DNA from: a virus | Lineage: Duplodnaviria; Caudoviricetes | Virus record (IMG/VR): IMGVR_UViG_3300012983_000001 | Span: 144,434-208,433 of that record | Direction: 5' to 3' (one strand) | Length of the DNA stretch: 64,000 nt | In this document: piece after piece, positions 30,208 through 40,466 of the stretch | Numbering within the stretch: position 1 is the first letter of the stretch | How the letters are laid out: each line of letters begins with the position of its first letter | Made by a program: the position numbers and the translations under genes | Notes under the pieces: generated by a model | What the model saw: the letters and a program-made list of their open reading frames with translations, nothing else | Databases searched by the model: none | What the model was told of the DNA's origin: nothing

Positions 30208-32076
30208 TTAGGAACCCCTTTCTATCAACTGCGCTTGCATTGATTTATAGTTTTGAATATATGTCATTAATGAATCCCGATAAATACTTATGCGGACATC
30301 AATAATGTCAATAATAGAAGATTCCGTACTGGTTAATGTATTTGTTCCAACCATGTCTGTATGTATGTGATTAATCAAATTGGTTGAGTGCTTAGCAATA
30401 GCATTTTGGATATCGTGTGCAACAACTTCGGAACCCCTTGAAATAATATACATTATTTCTTTGTTACAAGCAACCACTTTTTCAACTAATCTGGTTTGTA
30501 AGATTTGTGTATCGGTTGCAAAACATTCTTTAATGTAATTATCTATCGAAAGTTCAAGATTGTCAATCGAATCCTTTATTAAACCAATACTTTTTGCATC
30601 AATACTGTCACTCTTTTTGGATGCAGCTTTCTTATTGCCTGAACCACCAGATGTTTTACCGCCTTGATTCTTCTGCTTGTTGTTGGTCTCTGAAGTTCCT
30701 TGTTGCTTAGCTGCTTCCTTCTGAGCTTGTAAGTTAAGCTCTGCTTCAACTCTAAGATTTTCTCTAGTGATAAGTTCAACAAACAGTTTTGCCCGTTCAC
30801 CTTCAGGAATAGGGTCCATACCAATTTCATCTCGCATTTCATCTTCAGTGATAGCATTATGCTCGTATTTATAGATAGCATGAACTTCTTTCTTAATCAT
30901 GACATCGACATCATTATCGTTAAATTTAAACTCAACGGCCTGGTCTGGATTAAGTACTGGGTCATAACCGCCCTCCATCAAAAGCTCTTTAATAATAAAT
31001 GAGTTAAAAAACATTTCTATAACTCTACTAATAGCTCGGATACGGTCAGCCATTTCGGAAGTCATGTTGTCGCCTGTACTTCTGTTAGCAGTGTTACCTC
31101 TACCAAACATGATTTCAGGAATGCCCATGCCAGAGAACACTCTGGATTCCATATATTTTAAGTATGGCTCAGCATCTATAACCTTATCAGAAGCGATAGG
31201 TGTTATCTTTACTCTTTCTGTGGTTACTAAGCCACCTTCTACATCCATTCCGTCCAATGCTTCTTTGAGTTGGTCTACTTCTTTGGAAGTACCTGTTTGC
31301 TCTTCAGTACCAACTGCAATATGATAAAACGGATAAATGTTACGATACATCATTTTCAGTACATTTTCTTCTGCCTGTCTTAATGCTCTTACGTCATCAA
31401 GTACTGGAATCAAGAAGCTTGTACCATAAGCATTGCCTTTTTCGCGTTTATAATAGAAGTGGACAACGTCTTCTGGTGGAAATGTTTGTGTACCACCATC
31501 ATTGTCTTGTTGCCATTCTGTTACTGTTCCAAATTCATCTCGCTTACATTTCATTGTTACTGGATTGGCACAAAAATAACCGACAACTGGGTCTTTACCA
31601 TATAAGCCTGTAACGGTTGTTCCTTGCGGTATTGCATTTGGGTCGTTGTTTCTTGCCTTAACAATCATACAGTTACCATACTTTACAACGTCTTCTGCAA
31701 TATCCATTAACAATTGATTTGTTGGAGTGCTACTTGCTTCTGCAATATATGCAAGTCTAAGCTTTAAGTAATCAACTGCATTTGAGTCTGTCCCATAAAA
31801 GCTATAACCTTCTTTGAATATCTGGTCTACGTATTTGTCGACACCCTGGCGGACATATGAATCGGTATTGTAACCGTTTTGTATGTCTTCCAGGTCAAAG
31901 TCAGGGTCTTCAAAATCAGTATCGCTATTCTCTTTATAGGTAACTTTCTTGACAAACTCAGATGCTAACTCTCTACCAGCTCCTCCACCAGAACTACCAG
32001 ATGCATCTTCTTCAGTTACAGACGGCAGTAATTCTTTGAAGAATTTTTTGGCTACAAACATTTTTATTCGATTCAT
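30208..32076 (-). CDS. Portal protein
   Basis: VVKYGNC, EDVVHF...AYGTS.L.PV, GIPEIMFG..NTANRST, AITEDEMR.EIGMDP. Confidence 0.85.
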   Translation of the reverse strand: MNRIKMFVAKKFFKELLPSVTEEDASGSSGGGAGRELASEFVKKVTYKENSDTDFEDPDFDLEDIQNGYNTDSYVRQGVDKYVDQIFKEGYSFYGTDSNAVDYLKLRLAYIAEASSTPTNQLLMDIAEDVVKYGNCMIVKARNNDPNAIPQGTTVTGLYGKDPVVGYFCANPVTMKCKRDEFGTVTEWQQDNDGGTQTFPPEDVVHFYYKREKGNAYGTSFLIPVLDDVRALRQAEENVLKMMYRNIYPFYHIAVGTEEQTGTSKEVDQLKEALDGMDVEGGLVTTERVKITPIASDKVIDAEPYLKYMESRVFSGMGIPEIMFGRGNTANRSTGDNMTSEMADRIRAISRVIEMFFNSFIIKELLMEGGYDPVLNPDQAVEFKFNDNDVDVMIKKEVHAIYKYEHNAITEDEMRDEIGMDPIPEGERAKLFVELITRENLRVEAELNLQAQKEAAKQQGTSETNNKQKNQGGKTSGGSGNKKAASKKSDSIDAKSIGLIKDSIDNLELSIDNYIKECFATDTQILQTRLVEKVVACNKEIMYIISRGSEVVAHDIQNAIAKHSTNLINHIHTDMVGTNTLTSTESSIIDIIDVRISIYRDSLMTYIQNYKSMQAQLIERGS

Positions 32077-32115
32077 TTTTCTTCACCATCCTGCCTTAAT
32101 TTATAATATACACTA

Positions 32116-33156
32116 TTAAACATCCGATTTGTAGCTAAAACTAGCGTAAAGATTCTTTAAAAAGTATTTTTCGCTTTCTAATTTAGCCATTTCGGACAAA
32201 AAATACTGATTTCCAACAAAGCTTCTGTTAATGTTCTCAAGTGCTTCATCCAGTTGCTTTCTACAGGCTTGTATTCTATTACCTATAAAGACAGAATTAC
32301 TGTTGGCACCAAAGATATCATATAATGCTAACATCTCTTTACGCTTATTATAATAATTGTATAATGTTTTCTGCATTATTTCAATACTTTGTTGTGTATC
32401 ATATGCATCTTTTCGGTATTTTATTTCATTATTGGCGTCTTCAAAGTACTGAACCAACAAAGATGCCTTGGATTCATCAGTTGTTGTATCATCTGTTTTG
32501 TTCACGACATTTGCCAATCCAATTACTTGTTCGTTTGCTTGAAATGCATACATGTTAACAGACCTATTAACAGATATATCGGATGAAATTGCTAAATATC
32601 CTATTTGTGCCATGTTGCCGTCTGCTTCAAAGGCTTGTATTTTCTTTAGATAGTCTTCGTCTTTTTGCTTGGCATCCTCAGTGCTAATAGATGCAGTACC
32701 ATAATACAGTTCTTTAATGACTGTACTAAGAACTCTTAATCGTTTTTCTGTATCATAGATTGTACCAATAAGCTCTGGAACTAAACTACCAGTAATGGAT
32801 TGTTGATGGTATGCAATAAAACTATCAATATATTCTGTATTATTACTCTCTATTGCGCTCAACAAAGATGAGATTTCTCCATACTGATTCCAATTGCCAT
32901 TTTGAAACGTTGCGGCTAATTTGTCAATAAGTAATTTCATATTTTTGAGAACAAAGTCAATGTTTTTTAGAGACGTACTTGGTAAATTATTTTTTAAACC
33001 AATAATAGTATTACTATACGTAATTTTACCAGAATGATTAGTTTCTAAAGATTGCTTAGCGCTTTCATCACCATTATTGATGCGTTCTTTCGTGTATTGC
33101 AATGTAGGCTGATAACCTATAACCGCACCATCATCATGAAGTTGGTTAATACTCAT
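32116..33156 (-). CDS. Hypothetical helical protein between terminase and portal
   Basis: 346-aa ORF whose start overlaps the terminase stop. Confidence 0.5.
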   Translation of the reverse strand: MSINQLHDDGAVIGYQPTLQYTKERINNGDESAKQSLETNHSGKITYSNTIIGLKNNLPSTSLKNIDFVLKNMKLLIDKLAATFQNGNWNQYGEISSLLSAIESNNTEYIDSFIAYHQQSITGSLVPELIGTIYDTEKRLRVLSTVIKELYYGTASISTEDAKQKDEDYLKKIQAFEADGNMAQIGYLAISSDISVNRSVNMYAFQANEQVIGLANVVNKTDDTTTDESKASLLVQYFEDANNEIKYRKDAYDTQQSIEIMQKTLYNYYNKRKEMLALYDIFGANSNSVFIGNRIQACRKQLDEALENINRSFVGNQYFLSEMAKLESEKYFLKNLYASFSYKSDV

Positions 33157-35072
33157 TAAAACTTCCTCCTTTGATAAGCTGTGGCACGCTTATTTACGGG
33201 TTTATTATTATAATTAGTTACACCTATGATACCATAAGTACTACTTGGTACTGCATGAATAGCCTCAAACGGAAGGTCTTCAGTGTCTCCAACCAGCAAT
33301 GCACGGCTTTTAACGTCAACATCTCTATTATCAAGAGTGCCAATAAACACAGTCTTGATAGAAAATACTTTCTTTAGAAGAGCTCCGTATTTCTGCTCAA
33401 ATATCAACAAGGCAAGGTTCATAGAGTCAATAGCGTGTTCATTTTCATCAGTATATTGTGGTAAACCTGCACTACTGATAGATTTTACTCTATATTCTTC
33501 CAGTTGTTGAATCATAACCTTGTCTTTAGGGTCCAGAACAATCTTGCCTTTCTCGAATAGATTAACTGAATTGTTAACCATGAATGGCTTGAGATGTTTT
33601 TGGTCTTTCTTACGGGTATATGGGTCGGTAACTTCAATTTTTTGTGAGAACTGATAACCCACTACCTTGTCTGCTAATCCAGTTTCTGGATGTTCTTCTC
33701 CGTATTTGTGAAGCATTTCAAGCTGAACTTCGCCATAACCACGGTCAATAGCTATCCAGTCAAATTTATATTCATCGTTTAGTTCAACAATTTTATTCAT
33801 GGCATTGACATATGTAAACTCTGAACGGGCAATTTCTATACGGAACAGCATTTTAAATATCGGAACGATACGCCCTTCATGGTCTTGATGGAATCTATCA
33901 AATTCCATACATACCATATTGGTTGCTGCTGCATATTTATCCCAGTCAACACCAAGAATACGAATACATTGACCTTGAGTACGCTTAAGATATGCTTCTC
34001 TTTCTTCAGGTGTCCACTTGGTAATGTATTTATATTTAAGCCTTTCGCCTTCAGCAACGGCTTCGTAGATATATTTCTTTTGGTATACACCAAGTTCTTC
34101 TTCACCAAACTCTGCCATAACTTCTTGAACATAACGCATTTCAGATAATTCATCGCGAATATCTTCAAGATATGTTTGTAATGTGTCTGGATTCATCTTA
34201 AGAAGCTCTTTGTTAACGTTAGAAGGCGCATATATTTCTGTCCAACCATTACCTTCGCCAATAGGCTTTTCTTCGATTTGATAACCACTAAATCTATTAT
34301 TTTTAATATCGTCTTGTGTTGGAAAATACTTTTTAGACGCACCCACACACCAACGATAATACTCTTCGTGCTTACCAGATGGAGTTGAAGCACATATAAG
34401 TCTGATACGCTCAGGTGCTTCATTACGAATATTAAGGATATTTGTTACTTGATTTGAGCCTATATAGTCACATTCGTCTAAAATAATAACGTCTGCACGC
34501 TGACCACGAGTCGAGTTTGCTCCGCCAGTAGCATTGTTAGCTCCTGCTGTCAAACCAAGGATATTACTAGTTACCCCATTGATATTAAAACATATATTAT
34601 GATGAACATCTCTGGATATCAAACCTGTTAACAACGGAGAAACTTCGATTAATTGATGCAAACGCTTAAAAATCAAGTCAATTTGCGTCTCATACGGGGT
34701 TGCAATAATGATATCATACTGATTATTTGGTCCTTTATTGTATTGAGTATATGCAAACCACAAAATAAGTACGCACATATCGTCAGTTTTACCAAGACGA
34801 CGACCTAATCTTAGCACTAATTTCTTAGATTTTTTGCCTTCAGTAAGAATTGCAAACTGATAATCTCTGGCTTCCCAGTCAAGATAGACTTTTGCCCAGA
34901 GCACAGGATTATCGGTAATTATGTATTCCAAAGCTTCGTTTTTGGCCATTTTATAGGCATTCATGACATAATTGACCCGTTTATCCAGTTGATTATCTAA
35001 TGGAGTCAATAATTTAATGACTTCATCAAGCTGTTGGTCATTTAATTCCATAATCGTTTGACTTGCTGCCAT
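33156..35072 (-). CDS. terL: Terminase large subunit
   Basis: Walker A GRRLGKT, Walker B IILDE, motif III ASTP, nuclease LGVDW...IDRG...EHAIDS. Confidence 0.92.
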   Translation of the reverse strand: MAASQTIMELNDQQLDEVIKLLTPLDNQLDKRVNYVMNAYKMAKNEALEYIITDNPVLWAKVYLDWEARDYQFAILTEGKKSKKLVLRLGRRLGKTDDMCVLILWFAYTQYNKGPNNQYDIIIATPYETQIDLIFKRLHQLIEVSPLLTGLISRDVHHNICFNINGVTSNILGLTAGANNATGGANSTRGQRADVIILDECDYIGSNQVTNILNIRNEAPERIRLICASTPSGKHEEYYRWCVGASKKYFPTQDDIKNNRFSGYQIEEKPIGEGNGWTEIYAPSNVNKELLKMNPDTLQTYLEDIRDELSEMRYVQEVMAEFGEEELGVYQKKYIYEAVAEGERLKYKYITKWTPEEREAYLKRTQGQCIRILGVDWDKYAAATNMVCMEFDRFHQDHEGRIVPIFKMLFRIEIARSEFTYVNAMNKIVELNDEYKFDWIAIDRGYGEVQLEMLHKYGEEHPETGLADKVVGYQFSQKIEVTDPYTRKKDQKHLKPFMVNNSVNLFEKGKIVLDPKDKVMIQQLEEYRVKSISSAGLPQYTDENEHAIDSMNLALLIFEQKYGALLKKVFSIKTVFIGTLDNRDVDVKSRALLVGDTEDLPFEAIHAVPSSTYGIIGVTNYNNKPVNKRATAYQRRKF

Positions 35073-35079
35073 GTTATAC

Positions 35080-35307
35080 CTACTTTCCGAGTATTTTCTT
35101 TAATGCCAATACGGTACCTGCTGTACCAGCACCAATACCCATACCGACTAAGCCATGTGTAAATCCTCCAGCAATGGACCCCGCTATAACTTTAGCATCA
35201 GATGCTCCCTGATTTTCTAATTGTTCGCCTTTACGCATAAAGCCAACTGCTGTACCGATACTGCCACCAGCAAAACCTGCTGTAAGCAAGCCAGGATGTA
35301 TTTGCAT
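35080..35307 (-). CDS. Small Gly-rich hydrophobic protein
   Basis: 75 aa, two GxxxG-rich segments, RBS GGAGGTG. Confidence 0.6.
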   Translation of the reverse strand: MQIHPGLLTAGFAGGSIGTAVGFMRKGEQLENQGASDAKVIAGSIAGGFTHGLVGMGIGAGTAGTVLALKKILGK

Positions 35308-35319
35308 AATTTACACCTC

Positions 35320-35751
35320 CTAAAAAGAACCACGATAATAAGTACGTGCTTCATTACCAAGCACTGATTGTGTATTCAAACCATTATTGCGAATTGCATT
35401 CAAGCTACGTTGTCTCATTGTATACCCTGCCTCTGTCATATTAAAATGACCAGAGCCAAATTTACCAGCAGAACGATATCGTTGTCCCATGCTTTTTGCT
35501 GTATGTTGAGCAGTCGCTGGGACCAAAGAGCCAACAACTTGCGCTCCAATTAATGCAAATGAAGCTGGGCCTAACATTTCATAAAAAGCAAACGAACCAA
35601 CTGCTTTAGCAATAGATACAACAGCGTTGTTGCCTTCCTTTCTTGCCTGCTTATAGTCTGATATACCACCTACAACGTTTAAAACGTCTCCAATGTTTGC
35701 TGCTTTAGTAACACTTGAGAGACTTGCTTTTACCATTGCACCTGCGGCCAT
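35320..35751 (-). CDS. Small Gly/Ala-rich membrane-type protein
   Basis: 143 aa with a central hydrophobic segment. Confidence 0.55.
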   Translation of the reverse strand: MAAGAMVKASLSSVTKAANIGDVLNVVGGISDYKQARKEGNNAVVSIAKAVGSFAFYEMLGPASFALIGAQVVGSLVPATAQHTAKSMGQRYRSAGKFGSGHFNMTEAGYTMRQRSLNAIRNNGLNTQSVLGNEARTYYRGSF

Positions 35752-35753
35752 AT

Positions 35754-36170
35754 TTATCTACCTCCCATGTGATATAATGCAGAAATCAATTCTGGGGTTG
35801 CTCCATAGTTTTCTATTGCACTACCCAATGTATTGCCTTGCATTGTTTCTTCTGCCATATCCGAGAATGCTGCGTAATTACCACCAGATGCTCTATGCAT
35901 TGCAGGAACTACGCCTGTTGTATACGAATTCGTCATTCGCGCTAATCCATCTGAATAGGATACTCTTCCAAGTACTGCTTTATTTCGTCCCTTTAAACCT
36001 TCCTTGCCTAAATTAAAGGCACTAACTCCGCCAACAACTAATGTTGCGCCTAATGCATTAAATTTGCGAGGAACTAATAGTGACGACAAACCACCACCAT
36101 TTGCAATAGTATTTGGTTTTGTAACAGCTTTACCTATTCCTTTAAGAATCTTGTGCTCCACTATCTTCAC
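35754..36170 (-). CDS. Small Gly-rich protein
   Basis: GTG start behind GGAGGTG; hydrophobic LGATLVVGGVSAF segment. Confidence 0.55.
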   Translation of the reverse strand: MKIVEHKILKGIGKAVTKPNTIANGGGLSSLLVPRKFNALGATLVVGGVSAFNLGKEGLKGRNKAVLGRVSYSDGLARMTNSYTTGVVPAMHRASGGNYAAFSDMAEETMQGNTLGSAIENYGATPELISALYHMGGR

Positions 36171-36975
36171 CTCCAGGATTCATAACTGTATGAACCTCAG
36201 ATTTGCCATTTTCATTTACTACTGGCTCATCAATTATTACACTACCGTCATCATCGAATTCCATATCGCTAATATTGATGATTTGTTGAGCTTTTTCCAG
36301 TTCTTTTACTTGCTGGAATATCTTGATTGCCGTATCAGATGCAGACTCTTTACGCTTATCAGCAGCTTTATCTTTACGAGTAGCGTTCAGTTGATTCAAA
36401 ATTTTAATCTTTTTGTCTTGTAATGTCATGAGAAATTCTACTTCAGGAGCAACTATTTTACCATAATATGGTTGGCATTTCTTATCAATATCAAGTAATG
36501 TATCGGCCATAAAATCACCATTTAAGGCTATTTTATTCTCTGCTCTTAAGATTTGTACCTCAATATTGACCAAATCCTTGATTAACGTAGCGTCAACAAG
36601 GTCTTTTGAATCAATAACATCGTTAACAGTATCAATTTCAAAGTGATAACACCACTGTTCGTATCTGGATAAAATAGCTGCAATTTCCATTGGACATCTT
36701 TGACCAACAGTACGTTGAGCCTGACTTACCATGCAAGTGTCTTTGTATGCACAATCTGCACCTCTACATATGATAGGCACCGATGCAAACATACCGTGCT
36801 TTGAAGAATAGACCCTGTTCATATTACCAATTTCTTTGATAACTGCTGGGTCTATTCCCCACATTGCTGTTGTAATTTCAGTACCAGATTTATTTGCAAG
36901 GTCTGGTAATGTACTGTCTGTATTGTATGTAATAGGCTTATTTACGTTTATGCCTTGCGTTAAATTATTACTCAT
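36142..36975 (-). CDS. Putative terminase small subunit
   Basis: Upstream of terL; Cys cluster (C..DC...DTC...CPME) and helical coiled coil; start moved to MSNNLT behind AAGGAG. Function inferred from position only. Confidence 0.4.
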   Translation of the reverse strand: MSNNLTQGINVNKPITYNTDSTLPDLANKSGTEITTAMWGIDPAVIKEIGNMNRVYSSKHGMFASVPIICRGADCAYKDTCMVSQAQRTVGQRCPMEIAAILSRYEQWCYHFEIDTVNDVIDSKDLVDATLIKDLVNIEVQILRAENKIALNGDFMADTLLDIDKKCQPYYGKIVAPEVEFLMTLQDKKIKILNQLNATRKDKAADKRKESASDTAIKIFQQVKELEKAQQIINISDMEFDDDGSVIIDEPVVNENGKSEVHTVMNPGGEDSGAQDS

Positions 36976-36985
36976 GTTGTTCTCC

Positions 36986-37549
36986 TTATAAGAATGGCAC
37001 TCCAGCAATATCTTTACGGCCATAATTATCAGTTGTTAATGTTCCACCAGATAAGTATCTGCCACCAATTGCTACACCTGCATAGGCAGCAACTGCGGTT
37101 TTAATACGTGTACTTTTTACTTTTGCATCTTCTGGATTAAAATATGCTTTAGGTATTGCCCAGGCACGTTCGAGACTTGACATTCTTTTAGTAACTTCAC
37201 CACCATTAACATCTTGTACGGCCATTGATGCACGTTTTTTAATCATTTCCAGCATTGATTCAGGAATGTCACCCATGTCTTTAAATTGCTCATCAATAGA
37301 TGCTTCAAGGTTTTTTGCATTTATTTGCTTAATTGCAGCTTCTATGTCGTCTGTTAGGTGAGTACCAAATGTAGCACGAACTTCGTTCTGAGCAATGTCA
37401 TTCAAATATTTTGGTGAACGTGCAACATATGAAGCCAATTCATCTTGCATACTCTTTGGCTTAACAGCAGCATACCAATCACTTTTTGCAATGGAACCTG
37501 CAACATCTTCAATTGATGCCCCCACTGAATTCAATACGCCTTTATTCAT
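36986..37549 (-). CDS. Protein with C-terminal hydrophobic helix and RYLSGG..IAGxPF motif
   Basis: C-terminus paralogous to 37564-38151. Confidence 0.55.
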   Translation of the reverse strand: MNKGVLNSVGASIEDVAGSIAKSDWYAAVKPKSMQDELASYVARSPKYLNDIAQNEVRATFGTHLTDDIEAAIKQINAKNLEASIDEQFKDMGDIPESMLEMIKKRASMAVQDVNGGEVTKRMSSLERAWAIPKAYFNPEDAKVKSTRIKTAVAAYAGVAIGGRYLSGGTLTTDNYGRKDIAGVPFL

Positions 37550-37563
37550 GTGTCTTCACCACC

Positions 37564-38151
37564 TTAAATAAATGGAATGCCTGCAATATTACGCTCTCCT
37601 TGTGCTGTAGTTGTTAAATTACCACCAGATAAGTATCTAGCAGCAACACCTACGCCTACTGCACCAGCGATTGCAACCTTAGTACGAGCTTTACCGAATT
37701 GTTCGTCGCCAAAATATCCTCTTGCAGTATTTAAAGGACCAAGGCCTTGTTTGCCTTCTCTTCCGATAAATTTCTGAAAGTCAGCACTTTGTAAATCCGC
37801 TCCTTCGCCTGTATGTTTAGCAAAACTTTCAACAGCATCAGCGTATGCAGTTTGCATTGCGCTATCCTTTAAAGGTTCAAAACTACCTGTTTGTTTTAAT
37901 GCTTGATTCAATTCATCAATACCACGAACAGAAACTCTTTCGCCTTTTTTAATAATACGCTTTGCCGCGTCATCACCAAGCGTGATATCAGATGCCGCTA
38001 CTCTCCCAAAGCCATTAAAAGCACTAACTGCCTTGGAATTTGCAAGTGAACGAGCTACGCTTACATTATTAAATGCCATAGTAGTTTTTAAAGAGCTCTT
38101 ACCAAAAGCTGTTGAAAAAACATCATCAAGTGTTCCCCAAAGATTAGCCAT
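37564..38151 (-). CDS. Protein with C-terminal hydrophobic helix and RYLSGG..IAGxPF motif
   Basis: C-terminus paralogous to 36986-37549. Confidence 0.55.
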   Translation of the reverse strand: MANLWGTLDDVFSTAFGKSSLKTTMAFNNVSVARSLANSKAVSAFNGFGRVAASDITLGDDAAKRIIKKGERVSVRGIDELNQALKQTGSFEPLKDSAMQTAYADAVESFAKHTGEGADLQSADFQKFIGREGKQGLGPLNTARGYFGDEQFGKARTKVAIAGAVGVGVAARYLSGGNLTTTAQGERNIAGIPFI

Positions 38152-38169
38152 TGTAATTCTCCTTTCTGA

Positions 38170-38523
38170 TTAAACTATATTATAGTCACCACGATTACGG
38201 TATCCGTCCCGTGGTGCTTTGCCATAATGTATCTTATTTTTCATTTTTTTATGTACATTCTTATTAGATGAAACAGTGGTATTGCTGCTAATAATGGTAT
38301 TACCATATACATCATAACCAGAAGCCGCCATTTTTGCTTGCATATTTACATTACCAGCAGTTAATGAAGAATATGATTGTACAGTTCCATTGTACTTGGC
38401 ACGCTGATTATCCATCTCGATACGTATTTGCTTGGATATTTCAGCCTTTACTTCGTTGTTGTTAAGAGCAGCAATGATTAAATTTACTATTTCTTGACTT
38501 ACGCTTTGCCCTGGAAACCACAT
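38170..38523 (-). CDS. Hypothetical protein
   Basis: 117 aa with RBS. Confidence 0.5.
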   Translation of the reverse strand: MWFPGQSVSQEIVNLIIAALNNNEVKAEISKQIRIEMDNQRAKYNGTVQSYSSLTAGNVNMQAKMAASGYDVYGNTIISSNTTVSSNKNVHKKMKNKIHYGKAPRDGYRNRGDYNIV

Positions 38524-38540
38524 TCTATCACCTTCTCTTT

Positions 38541-39734
38541 TTAATCGTCGTCATCCAGGATGGAAATCAGACCAATACCTGCTGTTGCAATACCTGCGGC
38601 AGTGATAATCTGATTATTTTGAGCAAATTCCGCGATACCACTCTTTTTATTTGCCCACCATTCCGCATGTTCTTGTGCTTTAGCAGCTGCTTCTTGATTA
38701 GCTCTCTCAATATCGCTTACATCAAAATCTTCACCATACTGTCTTTGCATTTGTCTCATTTGTCGATTACTAGTTACATAATCAATTTGTTGTTCAGGAT
38801 GCATTCTATTGTAAGCATCAATACTTTGATTTAACGCTCTTCTGTCTTGTGTACTTGGTCTATGTGAACGATGAGTTACATTATGAAATGCTCTACCTAA
38901 TGGACTTCTGTTTGCATCTTCTAATGCATCATTTGTGTTAAATACAGATGTTTGTCTGGTTGGTGTACGAGCTTCATTTACACCACCACGCCTAGCTTCA
39001 TTAATGAGACGTTGTGCTTCTGGCTGAGGAACGCTACGACTTCTTTCTCCACCCATGCCTTCCAGGTCACCTTTTTCTTGCACAGGTTTACCTGCTTTTC
39101 TGTCGGCAATTCTTTGTCGAATCTCTTCTTTACGAGCCTCTAATTGAGCTTGACGCTCTGCCGCCTCTTTTTCCATTTGTCTTGCTTCACGGTCAATTCG
39201 TCTTTGAGTAACTTCTTCGCCTCTACGTTTCTTCTCTGCTCGTGTTGTAGCTTCATGATATTCATCATAAGAACGGCCAGAAGTATGTCCCTTTTCTGCT
39301 CTTTGTTCTGCTGTTAATGGCGACTGTCTACGCTGTTCACTTTGTTGACGTCTCCAAGCTTGCTGTGGAGTTTCACCATCCAGTTTATTACTAACTACTC
39401 GTTCTGGTGCAGCTTCTTTGCTTCTCAGCTCTTCCAAACGCGCCCTACGTGCTTCAGGATTAGCACGCATGTCATCCATATGAGTTCTGTAGCGTCTAAC
39501 TAAATCAAGCTGGTCTGACTGATTCATTTTACTAAAGTCAGCAATACCACCCCACTGTGCGGCTTTAGTGCCGATTTCGTCAAATTCTCCTTGTAATTCT
39601 TTTAGTACTTGCTTTTTAGCGTTATTGACAGCGTTTTTTCCTGTGCTTTTGGTAGCTCCTTTGACGAGGTCATCTGCATTTTTACCTAATGCTTCACCAA
39701 GCTCTCTTAAGCTACCGATACCAAATCCAGCCAT
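38541..39734 (-). CDS. Arg/Glu/Gln-rich protein with C-terminal membrane anchor
   Basis: Highly charged helical body ending IITAAGIATAGIGLISILDDDD. Confidence 0.55.
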   Translation of the reverse strand: MAGFGIGSLRELGEALGKNADDLVKGATKSTGKNAVNNAKKQVLKELQGEFDEIGTKAAQWGGIADFSKMNQSDQLDLVRRYRTHMDDMRANPEARRARLEELRSKEAAPERVVSNKLDGETPQQAWRRQQSEQRRQSPLTAEQRAEKGHTSGRSYDEYHEATTRAEKKRRGEEVTQRRIDREARQMEKEAAERQAQLEARKEEIRQRIADRKAGKPVQEKGDLEGMGGERSRSVPQPEAQRLINEARRGGVNEARTPTRQTSVFNTNDALEDANRSPLGRAFHNVTHRSHRPSTQDRRALNQSIDAYNRMHPEQQIDYVTSNRQMRQMQRQYGEDFDVSDIERANQEAAAKAQEHAEWWANKKSGIAEFAQNNQIITAAGIATAGIGLISILDDDD

Positions 39735-39748
39735 GTATATTCACCTCT

Positions 39749-40054
39749 CTATTCATTGCAATACTGTTCTTGAATCTTTTGATTCAATTCTGTTTCACAT
39801 TTCGGGCAACAAATTCCAGGCTTCTCGTTTCTGCGGATAAGATATTCTCCGCAGCATTGTGGGCAAATCACTTTCTTGTCCTTACGTACATCCTTGTTGT
39901 ATGTTGGAATATTATTCTCATTGCGGATACGCTGGATACTTACTCTGTTATATTTAATTATATCAGCAATTTCAGAATCCTTCAATCCTTCTTCTTGAGA
40001 TAATCTTCTGATTTCATTAACAATAACAGGACTAGTTACGCTCATGTTTCTCAT
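39749..40054 (-). CDS. HTH plus zinc-ribbon DNA-binding protein
   Basis: GLKDSEIADIIKYNRVSIQRIR (HTH); CPQC...CPKC. Confidence 0.65.
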   Translation of the reverse strand: MRNMSVTSPVIVNEIRRLSQEEGLKDSEIADIIKYNRVSIQRIRNENNIPTYNKDVRKDKKVICPQCCGEYLIRRNEKPGICCPKCETELNQKIQEQYCNE

Positions 40055-40175
40055 TCCTTTCTTATAAGTATCTTAATATATAATATACCCGATAAGGTAC
40101 CAGTTTTGCAACATAATATTACTAATTTGGGGCGAAGCCCCCGTTTTTTCCACTCTTTTTTTGTAACATCGTATG

Positions 40176-40262
40176 ACAAAGGGCTCCAGAGAGTAACACT
40201 CTGGAGCCCTTGCCGTAGGAACAAATGCCTATAAACTTACACGAAGGAGAAGCCTATGCTTC
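40176..40262 (-). ncRNA. Candidate sRNA 1 (anti-SD motif)
   Basis: TTGCAT-17-TGnTATGAT promoter (40297-40269), 13-bp terminal hairpin 40179-40211, internal CUUCUCCUUC. Confidence 0.5.
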
Positions 40263-40335
40263 AATCTCATCATAGCATGACTTTGGCCATTATGCAAGCA
40301 AATTTTTAATATATATATTTTTCAGACCAACGTTT

Positions 40336-40423
40336 ACAACAAAGACCAGCGAGGCTAATGCGAACCCCACTGGTCTTTTTAGTTGACTCGAAAAGGAATG
40401 TAGAAAGAATTATTCTCACCACA
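40336..40423 (-). ncRNA. Candidate sRNA 2 (anti-SD motif)
   Basis: Extended -10 TGTGnTATTCT (40440-40430); terminator hairpin 40341-40378 whose G-U pairs form only on the minus strand; internal AUUCCUUUUC. Confidence 0.45.
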
Positions 40424-40466
40424 TGTTAAAGAATATCACAGTTTCATTTAATAAACTACTGGAAAT

